Under the pieces are notes generated by a model. It saw nothing but the letters and a program-made list of their open reading frames with translations. It was not told the origin of the DNA and made no database searches. Shown piece by piece: positions 33,783 to 46,276 of a stretch of DNA of 64,000 bases. The stretch comes from Squalus acanthias (lineage: Eukaryota), in NCBI GenBank assembly GCA_030390025.1, contig JASTWF010000098.1:744001-808000 (forward strand), written 5' to 3'. The stretch's first letter is position 1. The number at the start of each line of letters is the position of its first letter. The position numbers and the translations under genes were made by a program.

Positions 33783-35908
33783 GGATTACATAGGATATAT
33801 TGATGGCCTCTAGTTATGCTCTTCCCCACAAGTGGAAACACTCTCTGTATCCACTCTATCAAAATCTTTCATTATTTTAAAGACCTCTATTAGGTCACCC
33901 CTCAGCCTTTTTTCAAGAGAAATGAGACCCAGCCTGTTCATGCTTTCCCGATATGTATACCCTCGCATTTCTGGTATCATCCTTGTAAATCTTCTCTGCA
34001 CCCTCTCTAATGCCTCTATATCCTTTTTATAATATGGCGACCAGAACTGTACGCAGTACTCCAAGTGTGGTCGGACCAAGGTTCGATACAGGTTTAGCAT
34101 AACTTCCCTACTTTTCAATTCTATCCCTCTAGAAATAAACCCTAGTGCTTGGTTTGCTTTTTTTGGTCTTGCTAACCTGTGTTGCAACTTTTAGTGATTT
34201 GTGTATTTGTACTCCGAGATCCCTTTGTTCCTCTACCCCACCTAGACTCGCACCCTCCAAGTAATAAGTGACCTCCCTATTCCTACCAAAATGTAATACC
34301 TCACATTTATCTGTGCTGAACTTCAATTGCCAATTATATGCCCATTCTGCAAGTTTATTAATGTCCTCCTGTATATTTGTTGCAGTCCTCCTCAGTATTG
34401 ACTATCCCCCCCAATTTGGTGTCATCCGCAAATTTAGAAATTGTGTTTTTGATTCCAAGTCTAAATCATTAATATCAATTGTGAACAACAGTGGTCCTAG
34501 CACTGATCCTTGTGGAACACCACTACCCACCTTCTGCCACTGTGAATAGTTACCCTTTACCCCTACTCTCTGCTTTCTGTCTTGAAGCCAGCTAGCTATC
34601 CATTCTGATATTTGTCCCCGGACTCCGCATTCTCTGACCTTGTTCATCAGTCTATTATGGGGTACCTTATCGAAGTCCTTTTGAAAATCTAGATAAATTA
34701 CATCTACTGCATTACTATTGTCTACTCTGTTACCTCTTCAAAAAATTCAATAAGGTTGGTCAAGCAAGACTTTCCCTTTTGAAATCCATGCTGACTATTC
34801 ATTATTATGTTTTTGGTTTCTAGATGTTCTTCTATTTTTTCCCTTTAGTAGGGATTCCATTGTTTTTCCTACCACCGATGTTAAGCTGACTGGTCTATAA
34901 TTCCCTGGACATGTTCTATCCCCCTTCTTAAATATAGGTATTACGTTAGCTATCCGCCAGTCCTCTGGCACTACACCTTTTTCTAACAAATTATTAAATA
35001 TGTGTAGTAATGTCTCTGCTATCTCTTCCCTAGATTCTTTTAAAATGCATGGATGCAATCCATCCGGACCAGGGGTTTTATCCTCTTTGAGTTTGATTAG
35101 TTTATTTAATATATCCCCTCTTTTTATTTTAAATGCACTAATCTCATTACTAATCTCATCATCCAATGCCATCTCCACCTGTTCTATCTCCCTGGTAAAT
35201 ACTAAAGCAAAATGATTATTTAATATTTCTGCCATCTCTCTATCGTTACCTGTGGTATTATCCTGACTACCCCTTAATGGCCCTATTGCCATCCCAACCT
35301 TCCTTCTTTTATTGGATGTGCCTGTAAAATATTTTACTATTTTGTTTAATGTTTGTTGATAATTTAATTTCATAGTTCCTCTTTGCCTTCCTAACTGTTT
35401 TTTTGATTTCTCTCATCTCTTCGTATTCTCCCTTATCATGCACTCCCCTGTTGTCTTTGTACTTAATGTATGCCTCTTTCCTTACCCTCAATTGTTCCCT
35501 TATGACTTTATTCATCCATGGAGTCTCATTAGTGTTTCATTTGTTCTTTCCTTTTAGCGGAATATATTTTTCCTGCACTCTGTTGAACACCGTTTTAAAT
35601 GTTTCCCATTGCTGTTCTACAGCGTTGTTTGCCAATATTGTTGCCCATTTTATTTCCCAAGTTCTATTCTCAGCCCCTCGAAATCAGCTTTTCTCCAATC
35701 TATTAGCCTGGTTTTTGTCATACTTATGTCCTTCTCAATTATCATCTTAAAGCATATTATATTATGGTCACTATTGCCTAGATGTTCACCTACTTTTACT
35801 TCTCTTATCTGCTCTGGTTCATTCCCCATTACTAGATGCAATAGCGAATCTTCCCTTGTTGGGCTTTTTACATATTGGGTTAGAAAGGAGTTCTGTACAC
35901 ATTGTAGG
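33783..35908 (-). mobile_element. CR1 LINE, 2.1-kb 5'-truncated copy (end of endonuclease + RT + C-terminus)
   Basis: HLGNSDHNII, KTPGPDGLHP, GNYRPVSLTSVVGK, GVPQGSVLGPLLF, LVRPHLEYCVQFW; aacta duplicated at the flanks. Confidence 0.93.
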
Positions 35909-35981
35909 AACTATACAGAGTCACTGTTTATTCAGGGTAAGGGTTACTCACTGTAACTGTACAGAGTCACTGTTTATTCAG

Positions 35982-37690
35982 CATATCTGGCTGGACCACA
36001 TCAAGCAATATTGGGCCTCACTCTCCTCTGCCAAAACCGCTCACTACTCCATCATCATCCTGGAATGAAAAGATAGCCCCTGGTTTCTTTTCTCCACTAC
36101 CGTTTCCTTAAACCCCTCCACCCTCGCCTTCAACAAGTGCGAGGAGCTCACTGACTTCTTTTTCACTAAGATTGAGACCATCATTCCCACTGTTGACCAC
36201 CCAACTTCCATTCTTGCCCCCATGCGAGCTAACTTGCAAACTTGTTCCCTCTCCTCAGGTACTATCCCCCTCCCTTACAAATTTGCTGTCATCATTCCCA
36301 TCCTCAAAAAACCACCCTTGACCCTCTGTCTTTGCAAACTACCGCCCCATCTCCAACTTCCTTCTCCTCTCCAAACACCCTGAATGTGTTGTCACCTCCC
36401 AAATCCATGTTTGAACCTCTCTAATCAGGCTACCACCACTGCCACAGCACTGAAACAGCTTAATCCAAGTCACAAATGACATCCTCTGTGACTATGACCA
36501 TAGTGCATTATCCATCCTCCTCATCCTTCGCGATCTGTCTGCAGTCTTTGACACGGCTGACCATCATCCTAGGCACCTTTCCTCTGTTGTCCAGCCGAGT
36601 GGGACTGCCCTCACTTGGTTCCACTCTTACCTATTCAATCGCAGCTAGAGGATCTGCAGCAATAGCTTCTTCCTGCCCCCGCACTGTTGCCTCTGGAGTC
36701 CCCCAAGGAACTATCTTGAGCCCATCCTTTCCCTCATCTACATGCTGCCTCTTAATGACATCATCCGAAGACATGGAGTCAGGTACCACATGTATGAAGA
36801 TGATACCTAGCTCTACCGCTCCACCACCTCTCTCCACCCCCTCCACTGTCTCTGTGTTGTCAGACTGCTTGTCCGACAAACAGTGCTGGATGTGCTGCAA
36901 AATGTTCCAGTTAAATATTAGAAAGACCGACCCCATCGTCTTTGGCCTCTGCCACAAACACCATACCCTCGCCACCAATTCCATCGTCCTTCCCGGCCGT
37001 CGTCTCAGATTAAAACAGACTGTTTGCAACCTCAGTGCATTATTTGACTCCGATTTGAGCATCCAACCCTTTGCAGACCGCCTACTTTCACCAATGTAAC
37101 ATTTCCCATCTCCGCCCCGCCTCAGCCCATCTGCTGCTGAAACCTTCATTGATGCCTTTGTCATCCCAACTTGACTATTCCAATGGTCTCCTGGCCGGCC
37201 TCCAACTTTCACAAACTTGAGCTCATCCAAGACTCTGCTGCCCATATTCTATCCTGTACCAAGTACCGCTCACCCATCACCCTTATGCATGGACTCCCAG
37301 TCCCCCGACACTTCAAATTTAGAATTCTCACCCTGGTGTACAAATCGCTTGATGGTCTAACACCCCCCATGCCCCCATCCTTACAACTTCGAGAATTCTA
37401 CGCGCCCCCAACTCTGGCCTCTTGTCCATCTCCACTTCCTTCGCCCCACCATTGGCAGCCGAGCTTTCAACCGTCTAAGCCCCAAGCTCTGGAATACCCT
37501 TCCTAAACCTCTCAATCTCTCCTCCTTAGAGGCCCTCCTTAAGACCCATCTCTTTGGCCAAGCTTTATGATACCCCTCCTAATATCTCCTTCTTTGGCTT
37601 TTGTCAATTTTGGTCAGGTTACGCATCTGTGAAGGGCCTTGGGACGTTTTTCGACATTAAAGGCGCTATACAAATGCAAGTTGATGTTGC
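35982..37690 (+). mobile_element. L2-type LINE, 1.7-kb decayed ORF2 3' part
   Basis: NYRPISN, HSTETA, GVPQGTIL, KLELIQDSAAHIL, FKFRILTLVYKSL motifs across frames; L2 terminus. Confidence 0.88.
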
Positions 37691-37876
37691 CTCACTCACT
37701 GTGTTACTGTACAGAGCTCCTGCTTATTCACCAGGATATTGGTACCTGTTGTGCAACTGTTAACAGTTAGACTTGGAAATTCCAGGGTCAGTTAGACCAT
37801 AAATGAATAATTTCAGTGTGTCACACCGAGCCCCGTCAGTTACCCAATCTACACCGTGTGTGAGATGTCAGTATAT

Positions 37877-38473
37877 CACACCTAGACCCGTCAGTTATCC
37901 CATTTACACAGTGAGTCACACCTAGACCCGTCAGTTATCCTATTTACACAGTGAGTCACACCTAGACCCGTCAGTTATCCTATTTACACAGTGAGTCACA
38001 CCTAGACCCGTCAGTTATCCTATTTACACAGTGAGTCACACCTAGACCCGTCAGTTATCCTATTTACACAGTGAGTCACACCTAGACCCGTCAGTTATCC
38101 TATTTACACAGTGAGTCACACCTAGACCCGTCAGTTATCCCATTTACACAGTGAGTCACACCTAGACCCGTCAGTTATCCTATTTACACAGTGAGTCACA
38201 CCTAGACCCGTCAGTTATCCCATTTACACAGTGAGTCACACCTAGACCCGTCAGTTATCCCATTTACACAGTGAGTCACACCTAGACCCGTCAGTTATCC
38301 CATTTACACAGTGAGTCACACCTAGACCCGTCAGTTATCCTATTTACACAGTGAGTCACACCTAGACCCGTCAGTTATCCTATTTACACAGTGAGTCACA
38401 CCTAGACCCGTCAGTTATCCTATTTACACAGTGAGTCACACCTAGACCCGTCAGTTATCCTATTTACACAGTG
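37877..38473. repeat. Minisatellite, 40-bp unit, about 15 copies, with degenerate flanks to about 39785
   Basis: cacctagacccgtcagttatcc(t/c)atttacacagtgagtca. Confidence 0.95.
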
Positions 38474-38548
38474 TGTGAGATGTCAGTGTGTTACACCGAG
38501 ACCCATCAGTTATTCTAGTTATACAGTCCGTCACACCAGACCTGTCAG

Positions 38549-38702
38549 CAATGTTCCCTCTAAGCTGCGCAGCCAAGGTCCCACACAGGCTGCTCACCGG
38601 CTTCTCCATTGTAAATACCGCGCATGCGCGGAAATTTAAATGGGACAGCGCACTAAAAGAAACAGGCAATGCAGAACAAAGTGCAGCTTACTGGGAACAT
38701 TG
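38549..38702. mobile_element. hAT-type MITE copy 1
   Basis: TIR caatgttccc / gggaacattg; flanked by cctgtcag and cctgtatg. Confidence 0.85.
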
Positions 38703-38710
38703 CCTGTATG

Positions 38711-39712
38711 CAATGTTCCCTTTAAGCTGCGCTGCGCTCTGCAGCACCCGCGCAGCTGGCTTACTGGCTTTTAAATAGAATGGACAAATAATTGGCAAAT
38801 TAAATTCAACACAGACAAATGTGAGGTATTACATTTTGGTAGGAAGAATAGGGAGGTCACTTATCACTTGGAGGGTGCAAGTCAGGGTGGGGTAGAGGAA
38901 CAAAGGGATCTCGAAGTACAAATGCACAAATCACTAAAAGTTGCGCCACAGGTTAGCATTGCCATAAAAAATACAAACTAAGCACTAGACTTTATTTCTA
39001 GAGGGATAGAATTGAAAAGTATGGAAGTTATGTTAAACCTGTATCGAACCTTGGTTAGACCACACTTGGAGTACTGCGTACAGTTCTGGTCGCCATATTA
39101 TAAAAAGGGTATGGAGGCACTGGAGAGGGTGCAGAGAAGATTTACAAGGATGATACCAGAATTGCGAGGGTATACATATCAGGAAAGGATGAACAGGCTG
39201 GGTCTCTTTTCTCTTGAAAAAAGGCTGAGGGGTGACCTAATAGAGGTGTATAAAATTATGAAAGGTTTTGATAGAGTGGATACAGAGAGAATGTTTCCAC
39301 TTGTGGGGAAGAGCATAACTAGAGGCCATCAATATAGTCAATAAGAAAGCCAATAGGGAATTCAGAAGAAACTTCTTTACCCAAAGAGTGGAGAGAATGT
39401 GGAACTCGCTACCACAGGGAGTGGTTGAAGCGAATAGTATGGATGCATTTAAGGGGAGGCTGGACAAACATATATGAGGGAGAAGGGAATAGAGGGTTAT
39501 GCTGATAGATTTAGATGAAGAAAGACGGGAGGAGGCTCGAGTGGAGCATAAACACCGGCATGGACTGGTTGGGCCGAATGGCCTGTTTCTGTGCTGTACA
39601 TCCTATGTAATCCTATGCAAATAGGAAAAACCGTGTATGCGTGCTATTTTGAATGGGCCACGCTGCCCCTTAAAGGGGCCGTACACCCAAAAATTAATTA
39701 AAGGGAACATTG
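38711..39712. mobile_element. hAT-type MITE copy 2, carrying a nested CR1
   Basis: TIR caatgttccc / gggaacattg; followed by cccgtcag. Confidence 0.85.
38776..39620 (+). mobile_element. CR1 LINE 3' fragment nested in the MITE
   Basis: ORF 39012..39344 (VMLNLYRTLVRPHLEYCVQFWSP); tail atcctatgtaatcctatg. Confidence 0.92.
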
Positions 39713-40018
39713 CCCGTCAGTTATCCTATTTACACAGTGCGTGAGATGTCACGCCAGGAACTGTCAGTTATCCTATTTACACAGGGACAGTACATGAAAA
39801 CTATCTGCCTTCTGACTGTGTCAATAGAATTTTCTCCTGTACTTTTTAAACAAGAATTTTGTAGTCACTCATTTCCCGAGAAGTGAAGCGTCAGCAGCTG
39901 CTGAAGTTGCTACTAAGGGCCATTCACAGTCTCGCGAGGTGACTTCATACTCACCACGGGGACCTTTAAAATTCTTTAGGCCCAGTCTGAGCTCTAATGC
40001 CCATTAACCATGATACAG

Positions 40019-41572
40019 TCTTCTTTTGTATGGTAGTAGCAAAGCAAATCAATTGTCAATATTTAAGTCAGATATCCAGGCCAAAGCTTCCAGTGTAACA
40101 GCGTGGGTATCTTGTAGGTTGCCTGTGAATTTCCTCTGAGGGCAGTGCTCGATGATGTGCTCCAGGGTCTGATCAGGAGCTCCACAGTCGCATGGTGGGG
40201 ATGCTTTAATCTTCCATCTATGGAGAAGGTGGCAGCATCTACCATGACCACTTCTGAGGCGGTTGATGGTTGTCCAGTGTTTGCGAGGAAGGTTTGATCC
40301 TTCAGGTTGTACTGTGGGTTCCTCGATAAGGAATCCATTCCGTATGTCACAGTTCTTCCAAACATTTTGCCATCGGTCATCAAGGCTGAGGGGAGATCGC
40401 TGAAGGGCCTCGGCAACGGTCCAAAATGGCCTTCTAGATTTGAGACGGGTTGGTGGTAGGTTGCTCATGTCGGCCTGGATCGTGTCTTTGCTGGTGTAGC
40501 GGTTGTATTCTCGGGAGACTGCATATTCGCGGCGTAGGTGTGGTGGTGCGATGTTTGCATAGTAGAATTCAGCTGGACAGCAACGGATTTGACATGCGGA
40601 CTTGATAGCCATGCCGGAGAGCAGTGCTCCGCTGTAGAGTACACCAGGGCGAGTGCTGCCGTACCGAGGGTTTGAGCGTCTGCTCCCCATGTGGCAACAC
40701 GGTGGCATAGTGGTTAGCACTGGTGCCTCACAGCGCCAGGGACCCGGGTTCGAATCTGGCCTTGGGTGACTGTCTGTGTGGAGTTTGCACATTCTCCCCG
40801 TGTCTGCGTGGGTTTCCTCCGGGTGCTCCGGTTTCCTCCCACAGTCCAAAAATGTGCGGGTTAGGTTGATTTGGCTATGATAAATTGACCCTTAGTGTTA
40901 GGGGGGGATTAAATATGTGGGGTTACGGGGATAGGATGGGATATGTTAGGGGGAATTAAAATACGTGGGGTTACGGGGATAGGGTGGGATATGTGTCGGT
41001 GCAGGCTCGATGGGGATTCTGTGAGAGAAAGCAGGGACAGGGTACTGGATTTGGATGATCAGCCATGATCGTATTGAATGGTGGAGCAGGCTCGACGGGC
41101 CGAATGGCCTACTCCTGCTCCTAGTTTCTATGTTTCTATGTGGATGCGGTGAGTTTCTGGATCAAGTTGATCCTACTCTTTAGTTTCTTCCCAAGGTTCT
41201 GGAGATCTTGTCTATATGACAGGGTGCGATCAAGCGTGACTCCTAAATAGGAGGGTTTTTGGCATGGTTTACCTCTGTGCCGCAAAAGGAGACTTTCAAA
41301 GCTTGGTTTGCTTGATGGGTGTTGAGGTGGAATGTTGAGCTGACCGTCTTTTGCGGGTTTGGCCGAAGTCGCCATCGGCGGAAGTAGGCCTCCACCCTCT
41401 GTAAATCACTGGTTAGGGTCTCTTCGGTGATGGACAGATTCATGTTTTGCGTGGCCAAGACAATGTCATCAGCGTATACGAACTTGCGGGAATCTGTTTC
41501 GGGCAGGTCACTGGTGTAAACGTTGAATAACATGGGTGCCAGGACAGAACCCTGTGGGAGTCCGTTGTTCAA
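40019..41572 (-). mobile_element. Ingi/Vingi-like (I-group) LINE 3' part
   Basis: GLPQGSVLAPMLFNVYTSDLP, YADD, YLGVTLDRTLSY, NIAPPHLRR, RLKSRRPFW, CDCG..QTLEHIIEHCP; terminus ccatacaaaagaaga. Confidence 0.8.
40693..41137 (+). mobile_element. HE1-type V-SINE with a CR1-derived tail
   Basis: A box tggcatagtgg, B box ggttcgaatc, V-domain tgtgtggagtttgcacattctccccgtgtctgcgtgggtttcctccgggtgctccggtttcctcccac, (tttctatg) tail; atgtgg duplicated. Confidence 0.9.
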
Positions 41573-41611
41573 TATCAGGGAGTCAGACTTAAAGAGCTAG
41601 GTTACTACAGG

Positions 41612-41996
41612 GACTTGAACACAAAATTCAGGCTGACACTCCAGTGCAGTACTGAGGGAGTGCTGCACTGTTGGAGGGGCCGTCTTTCAGATAAGACATT
41701 AAACCGAGGCCCGTCTGTTCTCTCAGGTGGACGTAAACGATTCCATTTTGAAGAAGAGCAGGGGACTTCTCCCCGGTGTCTAGGCCAGCATTTATCCTTC
41801 AACCAACATCACTAAAACAGATTATCTGGTCATTATCTCATTGCTGTTTGTGGGAGCTTGCTGTGCGCAAATTGGCTGCTGCGTTTCTCTACATTAAAAC
41901 AGTGACTACATTTCAAAAGTACTCCATTGGCTGTAAAGTACTTTGGGACGTCCTGAGGTCGTGAAAGGCGCTATATAAGTGCAAGTCTTTCTTTTT
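41612..41996 (+). mobile_element. DeuSINE-type SINE, 5'-truncated
   Basis: Matches the other copies. Confidence 0.88.
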
Positions 41997-42274
41997 ACGC
42001 CGCCTCCTCTCCTACCCTTTGCAACCCTGGCTGTGCCCTGCTCCGTGGGCAGGGCAAGTGATTCATTATCGCTCACTACCTCTGGGGCTACAGACGTGAA
42101 GCTGCGACACCTGTGGGTGACAACGGGTGCTCTCAGCGTTAAGTGTAGGATCAGGTGGGATTTGCGGAGGAATGTTGCGCCGCTCGGCATCAGTTGCCCA
42201 AACTCCGGGCCTCGGCAAGTGGAACAAACAATTAAAATGTGTGTGGACGGTGGGGGGGGTGCGGTGGGGAGGAC

Positions 42275-42280
<6 letters not shown>

Positions 42281-42331
<51 letters not shown>
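42281..42331. repeat. (AG)n microsatellite
   Basis: About 25 perfect units. Confidence 0.95.
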
Positions 42332-42336
<5 letters not shown>

Positions 42337-42583
42337 AGTTATCACTGAGAACATACAGGGCAACTGAGTGATGTCAACCCACCCGGTTTATTTTATTTTA
42401 AAATATCTTCATAGAGCGACAGCAATTTGGCAAGGCCAGGCTCAGGGGCCTGTCACATCGTTCACCAGAGAGCTTGTCAAACACATTCAGCCTTTCCGAG
42501 CTTCACTGGCATTTTAATCACTGTTGGGTAAACTCATTTGTCCCAATGATTACGACTCGACCTAATAGAATATGCAAGCCGCC

Positions 42584-42596
42584 TGACCTTTGACCC
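42584..42596 (-). promoter_or_regulatory. Perfect DR1 nuclear-receptor motif (GGGTCAAAGGTCA)
   Basis: TGACCTTTGACCC in unique, TE-free sequence; function not shown. Confidence 0.4.
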
Positions 42597-43258
42597 TCGC
42601 TGACACAGGATACAAAAGAGGAAAAGTTCTTTCCCCCCGCCCCTCCCCAAACCTACCCTTCCCTCCTCCCCCTCAACCCTATTACTCTCGATTACTCAAA
42701 TTATTTATAGCCCACTGATCCCCGCACCGAGAGAGGAAAAAAAAATCTTAAACCGCAATTAAGTCAGCTTTTGACGAACGGGAAAGGGTTTTTTGTGTAA
42801 GTAGGCGCTTTGTGAACCAGCGATATTATAGTGGCAAAGGTTAGATCAGCGGCAGGTATTGGGCCCTGCCAGCATCTCTGGCAGTCATTAGAACATGTCA
42901 CGTCCTATTGCCGCTGTTCACATTTTCGGTAACCTAATCATTTGACATCATTATTTGAGGTACCTCAGTGGCATGGAATTACTGCCAGAGGTCACACAAA
43001 CACAAAGCCATCCCTAGCGGGACAGCATCTGCCACAGTACCAACATTGTTAGGTCCAAACCCAGCCCGCCGTTTGGAAGTTAACGGATTCCCTTCACTCC
43101 TCAATCAAAGATGCTCCGTCTCTCTGCACCCAACCCCCTCCCCCTTCTTCCTTTCCCACTGTCTCTCTCTCTCTGCATATTCCTCAAGTCCATCGTCCCA
43201 CATTCAAGCGCATAACCAGCGGAGGAGATATTTGTTATCACAAAATCGCTGAGGCGAA

Positions 43259-45155
43259 GGGTCCCGGGCCCACAGTCTAGCACGCTAACCAGGGTCCGGG
43301 CCCACAGTGCAGCATGCTACCCAGGGTCCGGGCCCACAGTGCCGCACGCTACCCAGGGTCCGGGCCCCACAGTGCAGCATGCTACCCAGGGTCCGGGCCC
43401 ACAGTGTAGCACGCTAACCAGGGTCCGGGCCCACAGTGCCGCACGCTACCCAGGGTCTGGGCCCCACAGTGCAGCATGCTACCCAGGGTCCGGGCCCACA
43501 GTGCAGCACGCTACCCAGGGTCTGGGCCCACAGTCTAGCACGCTACCCAGGGTCCGGGCCCACAGTCTAGCACGCTACCCAGGGTCCCAGGCCCACAGGG
43601 CAGCATGCTACCCAGGGTCCGGGCCCACAGTCTAGCACGCTACCCAGGGTCCGGGCCCACAGTCTAGCACGCCACCCAGGGTCCGGGCCCACAGTCTAGC
43701 ACGCTACCCAGGGTCCCAGGCCCACAGGGCAGCATGCTACCCAGGGTCTGGGCCCACAGTGCCGCACGCTACCCAGGGTCTGGGCCCACAGTGCAGCATG
43801 CTACCCAGGGTCCGGGCCCACAGTCTAGCACGCTACCCAGGGTCCGGGCCCACAGTCTAGCACGCTACCCAGGGTCCCAGGCCCACAGGGCAGCATGCTA
43901 CCCAGGGTCCCAGGCCCACAGGGCAGCACGCTACCCAGGGTCTGGGCCCACAGGGCAGCACGCTACCCAGGGTCCCAGGCCCACAGGGCAGCATGCTACC
44001 CAGGGTCCCAGGCCCACAGGGCAGCATGCTACCCAGGGTCCCAGGCCCACAGGGCAGCATGCTACCCAGGGTCCCAGGCCCACAGGGCAGCATGCTACCC
44101 AGGGTCCCAGGCCCACAGGGCAGCATGCTACCCAGGGTCCCGGGCCCACAGGGCAGCACGCTACCCAGGGTCTGGGCCCACAGGGCAGCACGCTACCCAG
44201 GGTCCCAGGCCCACAGGGCAGCACGCTACCCAGGGTCTGGGCCCACAGGGCAGCACGCTACCCAGGGTCCGGGTCCCACAGGGCAGCACGCTACCCAGGG
44301 TCTGGGCCCACAGTCTAGCACGCTACCCAGGGTCTGGGCCCCACAGTGCAGCACGCTACCCAGGGTCTGGGCCCACAGTCTAGCTCGCTACCCAGGGTCC
44401 CGGGCCCACAGTCTAGCTCGCTACCCAGGGTCTGGGCCCACAGTGCAGCACGCTACCCAGGGTCCGGGCCCACAGTGCAGCACGCTACCCAGGGTCCGGG
44501 CCCACAGTGCAGCACGCTACCCAGGGTCCGGGCCCACAGTGCAGCACGCTACCCAGGGTCCGGGCCCACAGTCTAGCTCGCTACCCAGGGTCCGGGCCCA
44601 CAGTCTAGCTCGCTAACCAGGGTCTGGGCCCACAGTGCAGCACACTACCTAGGGTCTGGGCCCACAGTGCAGCATGCTACCCAGGGTCCGGGCCCACAGT
44701 GCAGCACGCTACCCAGGGTCCGGGCCCACAATCTAGCACGCTAACCAGGGTCCGGGCCCACAGTCTAGCATGCTACCCAGGGTCTGGGCCCACAGTGCAG
44801 CATGCTACCCAGGGTCCGGGCCCACAGTGCAGCACGCTACCCAGGGTCCGGGCCCACAGTGCAGCATGCTACCCAGGGTCTGGGCCCACAGTGCAGCACG
44901 CTACCCAGGGTCTGGGCCCACAATCTAGCACGCTAACCAGGGTCCGGGCCCACAGTGCAGCACGCTACCCAGGGTCTGGGCCCACAGTCTAGCACGCTAC
45001 CCAGGGTCTGGGCCCACAGTCTAGCACGCTACCCAGGGTCTGGGCCCACAGTCTACCACGCTACCCAGGGTCTGGGCCCACAGTCTACCACGCTACCCAG
45101 GGTCCGGGCCCACAGTCTAGCACGCTACCCAGGGTCCGGGCCCACAGTCTAGCAC
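43259..45155. repeat. GC-rich minisatellite, 32/33-bp unit, about 58 copies
   Basis: gggcccacagt(gc/ct)agcacgctacccagggtc(c/t); block of the 33-bp ccaggcccacagggcagc variant in the middle. Confidence 0.97.
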
Positions 45156-45340
45156 ACACTGGTGGATAGGCAACGCCTAATTGGGTTTTATAAGACAACA
45201 GATTGGGGGACTGAGGCAGTGTCGTCCAATAGAAATTGCTGGCTAGCCGCAGGTGTAGCCATGGCGACCCCCTTTTAGCCACATGCGCTAATTTTAGTAG
45301 AGAACACCTTGCACACTCTACAGGTAAACGTACTTCACAC

Positions 45341-45445
45341 CAATGTTCCCTTTAAGCTGCGCGGTCACGCATGCGCGTTATTTTGAATGGATCGCGCAAC
45401 CCCTTAAAGGGGCCGAACACCCAAAAAAAATTAACGGGAACATTG
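45341..45445. mobile_element. hAT-type MITE, 105 bp
   Basis: TIR caatgttccc / gggaacattg; TSD cttcacac / cttcacat. Confidence 0.88.
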
Positions 45446-45965
45446 CTTCACATGTGTATATTTACTTAACAAACGCTCACCACCATTCAGTGACCAAGGG
45501 AGTGAAGCACGCACAACGATTAAAAAACACTCGCACACACTGCTTTTCGTCTTACGATCTTACCAACAATCACACAAGGTTAAAGTTCACACACACACAC
45601 CATGTGAACATTCTCAATTGTTAATTACTAATCAGCCACATCTGGATTCCCAGTTAGCCACATGTGGCTTCCCAGTTAGCCACATGTGGCTAGTATCCAA
45701 CGTATTGGAAAACACTTGACCGAGGGAAGACAGAGATGTGAGCAGCTCCAACGTTCGAGGTCCTGGGAATGGGTTTGAGGAGTATGAGCGCACGTCTTTT
45801 GTCTTCTTCAACACCCCTTCCTGTTGCCAGTGACAGAAATTCCCAACCGGGCTGAAATATCCAGGATTGTCCGGTACTTTCTAAAACTGTTCTGCATCAC
45901 AGGATATTTTGCGTTCCCTTCGGATCTGACTTATACCAAGAGAAGGAGGTGACAAGAGTGTGTAC

Positions 45966-46162
45966 CACTCACCCTGTGCTACTGTCTGCATTACCCTGTA
46001 TATAACACCCACCCTGTGCTCCTGTCTGCAGTACCCTGTATATAACACCCACCCTGTGCTCCTGTCTGCAGTACCCTGTATATAACACTCACCCTGTGCT
46101 ACTGTCTGCATTACCCTGTATATAACACCCACCCTGTGCTACTGTCTGCATTACCCTGTATG
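45966..46162. repeat. Minisatellite, 40-bp unit, about 5 copies
   Basis: accctgtgct(a/c)ctgtctgca(t/g)taccctgtatataacac(c/t)c. Confidence 0.92.
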
Positions 46163-46184
46163 TACCGTGGGTCGCGTTGCTGGT

Positions 46185-46276
46185 GGGACCTGAACACATC
46201 AGCATGAACCTCTTTCTCTCTCCACGGATGTTGCCTGGCCTGCTGAGTTTTTCCAGCGTTTTCTGTTGTTATTTTG
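46185..46276 (+). mobile_element. Single-arm fragment of the 59683-59896 Penelope-like family
   Basis: tttctctctccacggatgttgcctggcctgctgagtttttccagcgttttctgttgttattt. Confidence 0.7.

Noticed and set aside
37877-38473. CRISPR-like appearance of regular arrays (also 8121, 25590, 48248)
   Set aside because: Units are head-to-tail with no unique spacers, there are no cas genes, and the context is eukaryotic
40049-40849. 266-aa ORF as an intact gene
   Set aside because: Chimera of antisense V-SINE sequence and the Vingi-like C-terminus
43339-45152. Long repetitive ORFs (for example 207 aa at 43993..44616)
   Set aside because: Translations of the 32/33-bp minisatellite in all frames; no unique flanking coding sequence or splice evidence
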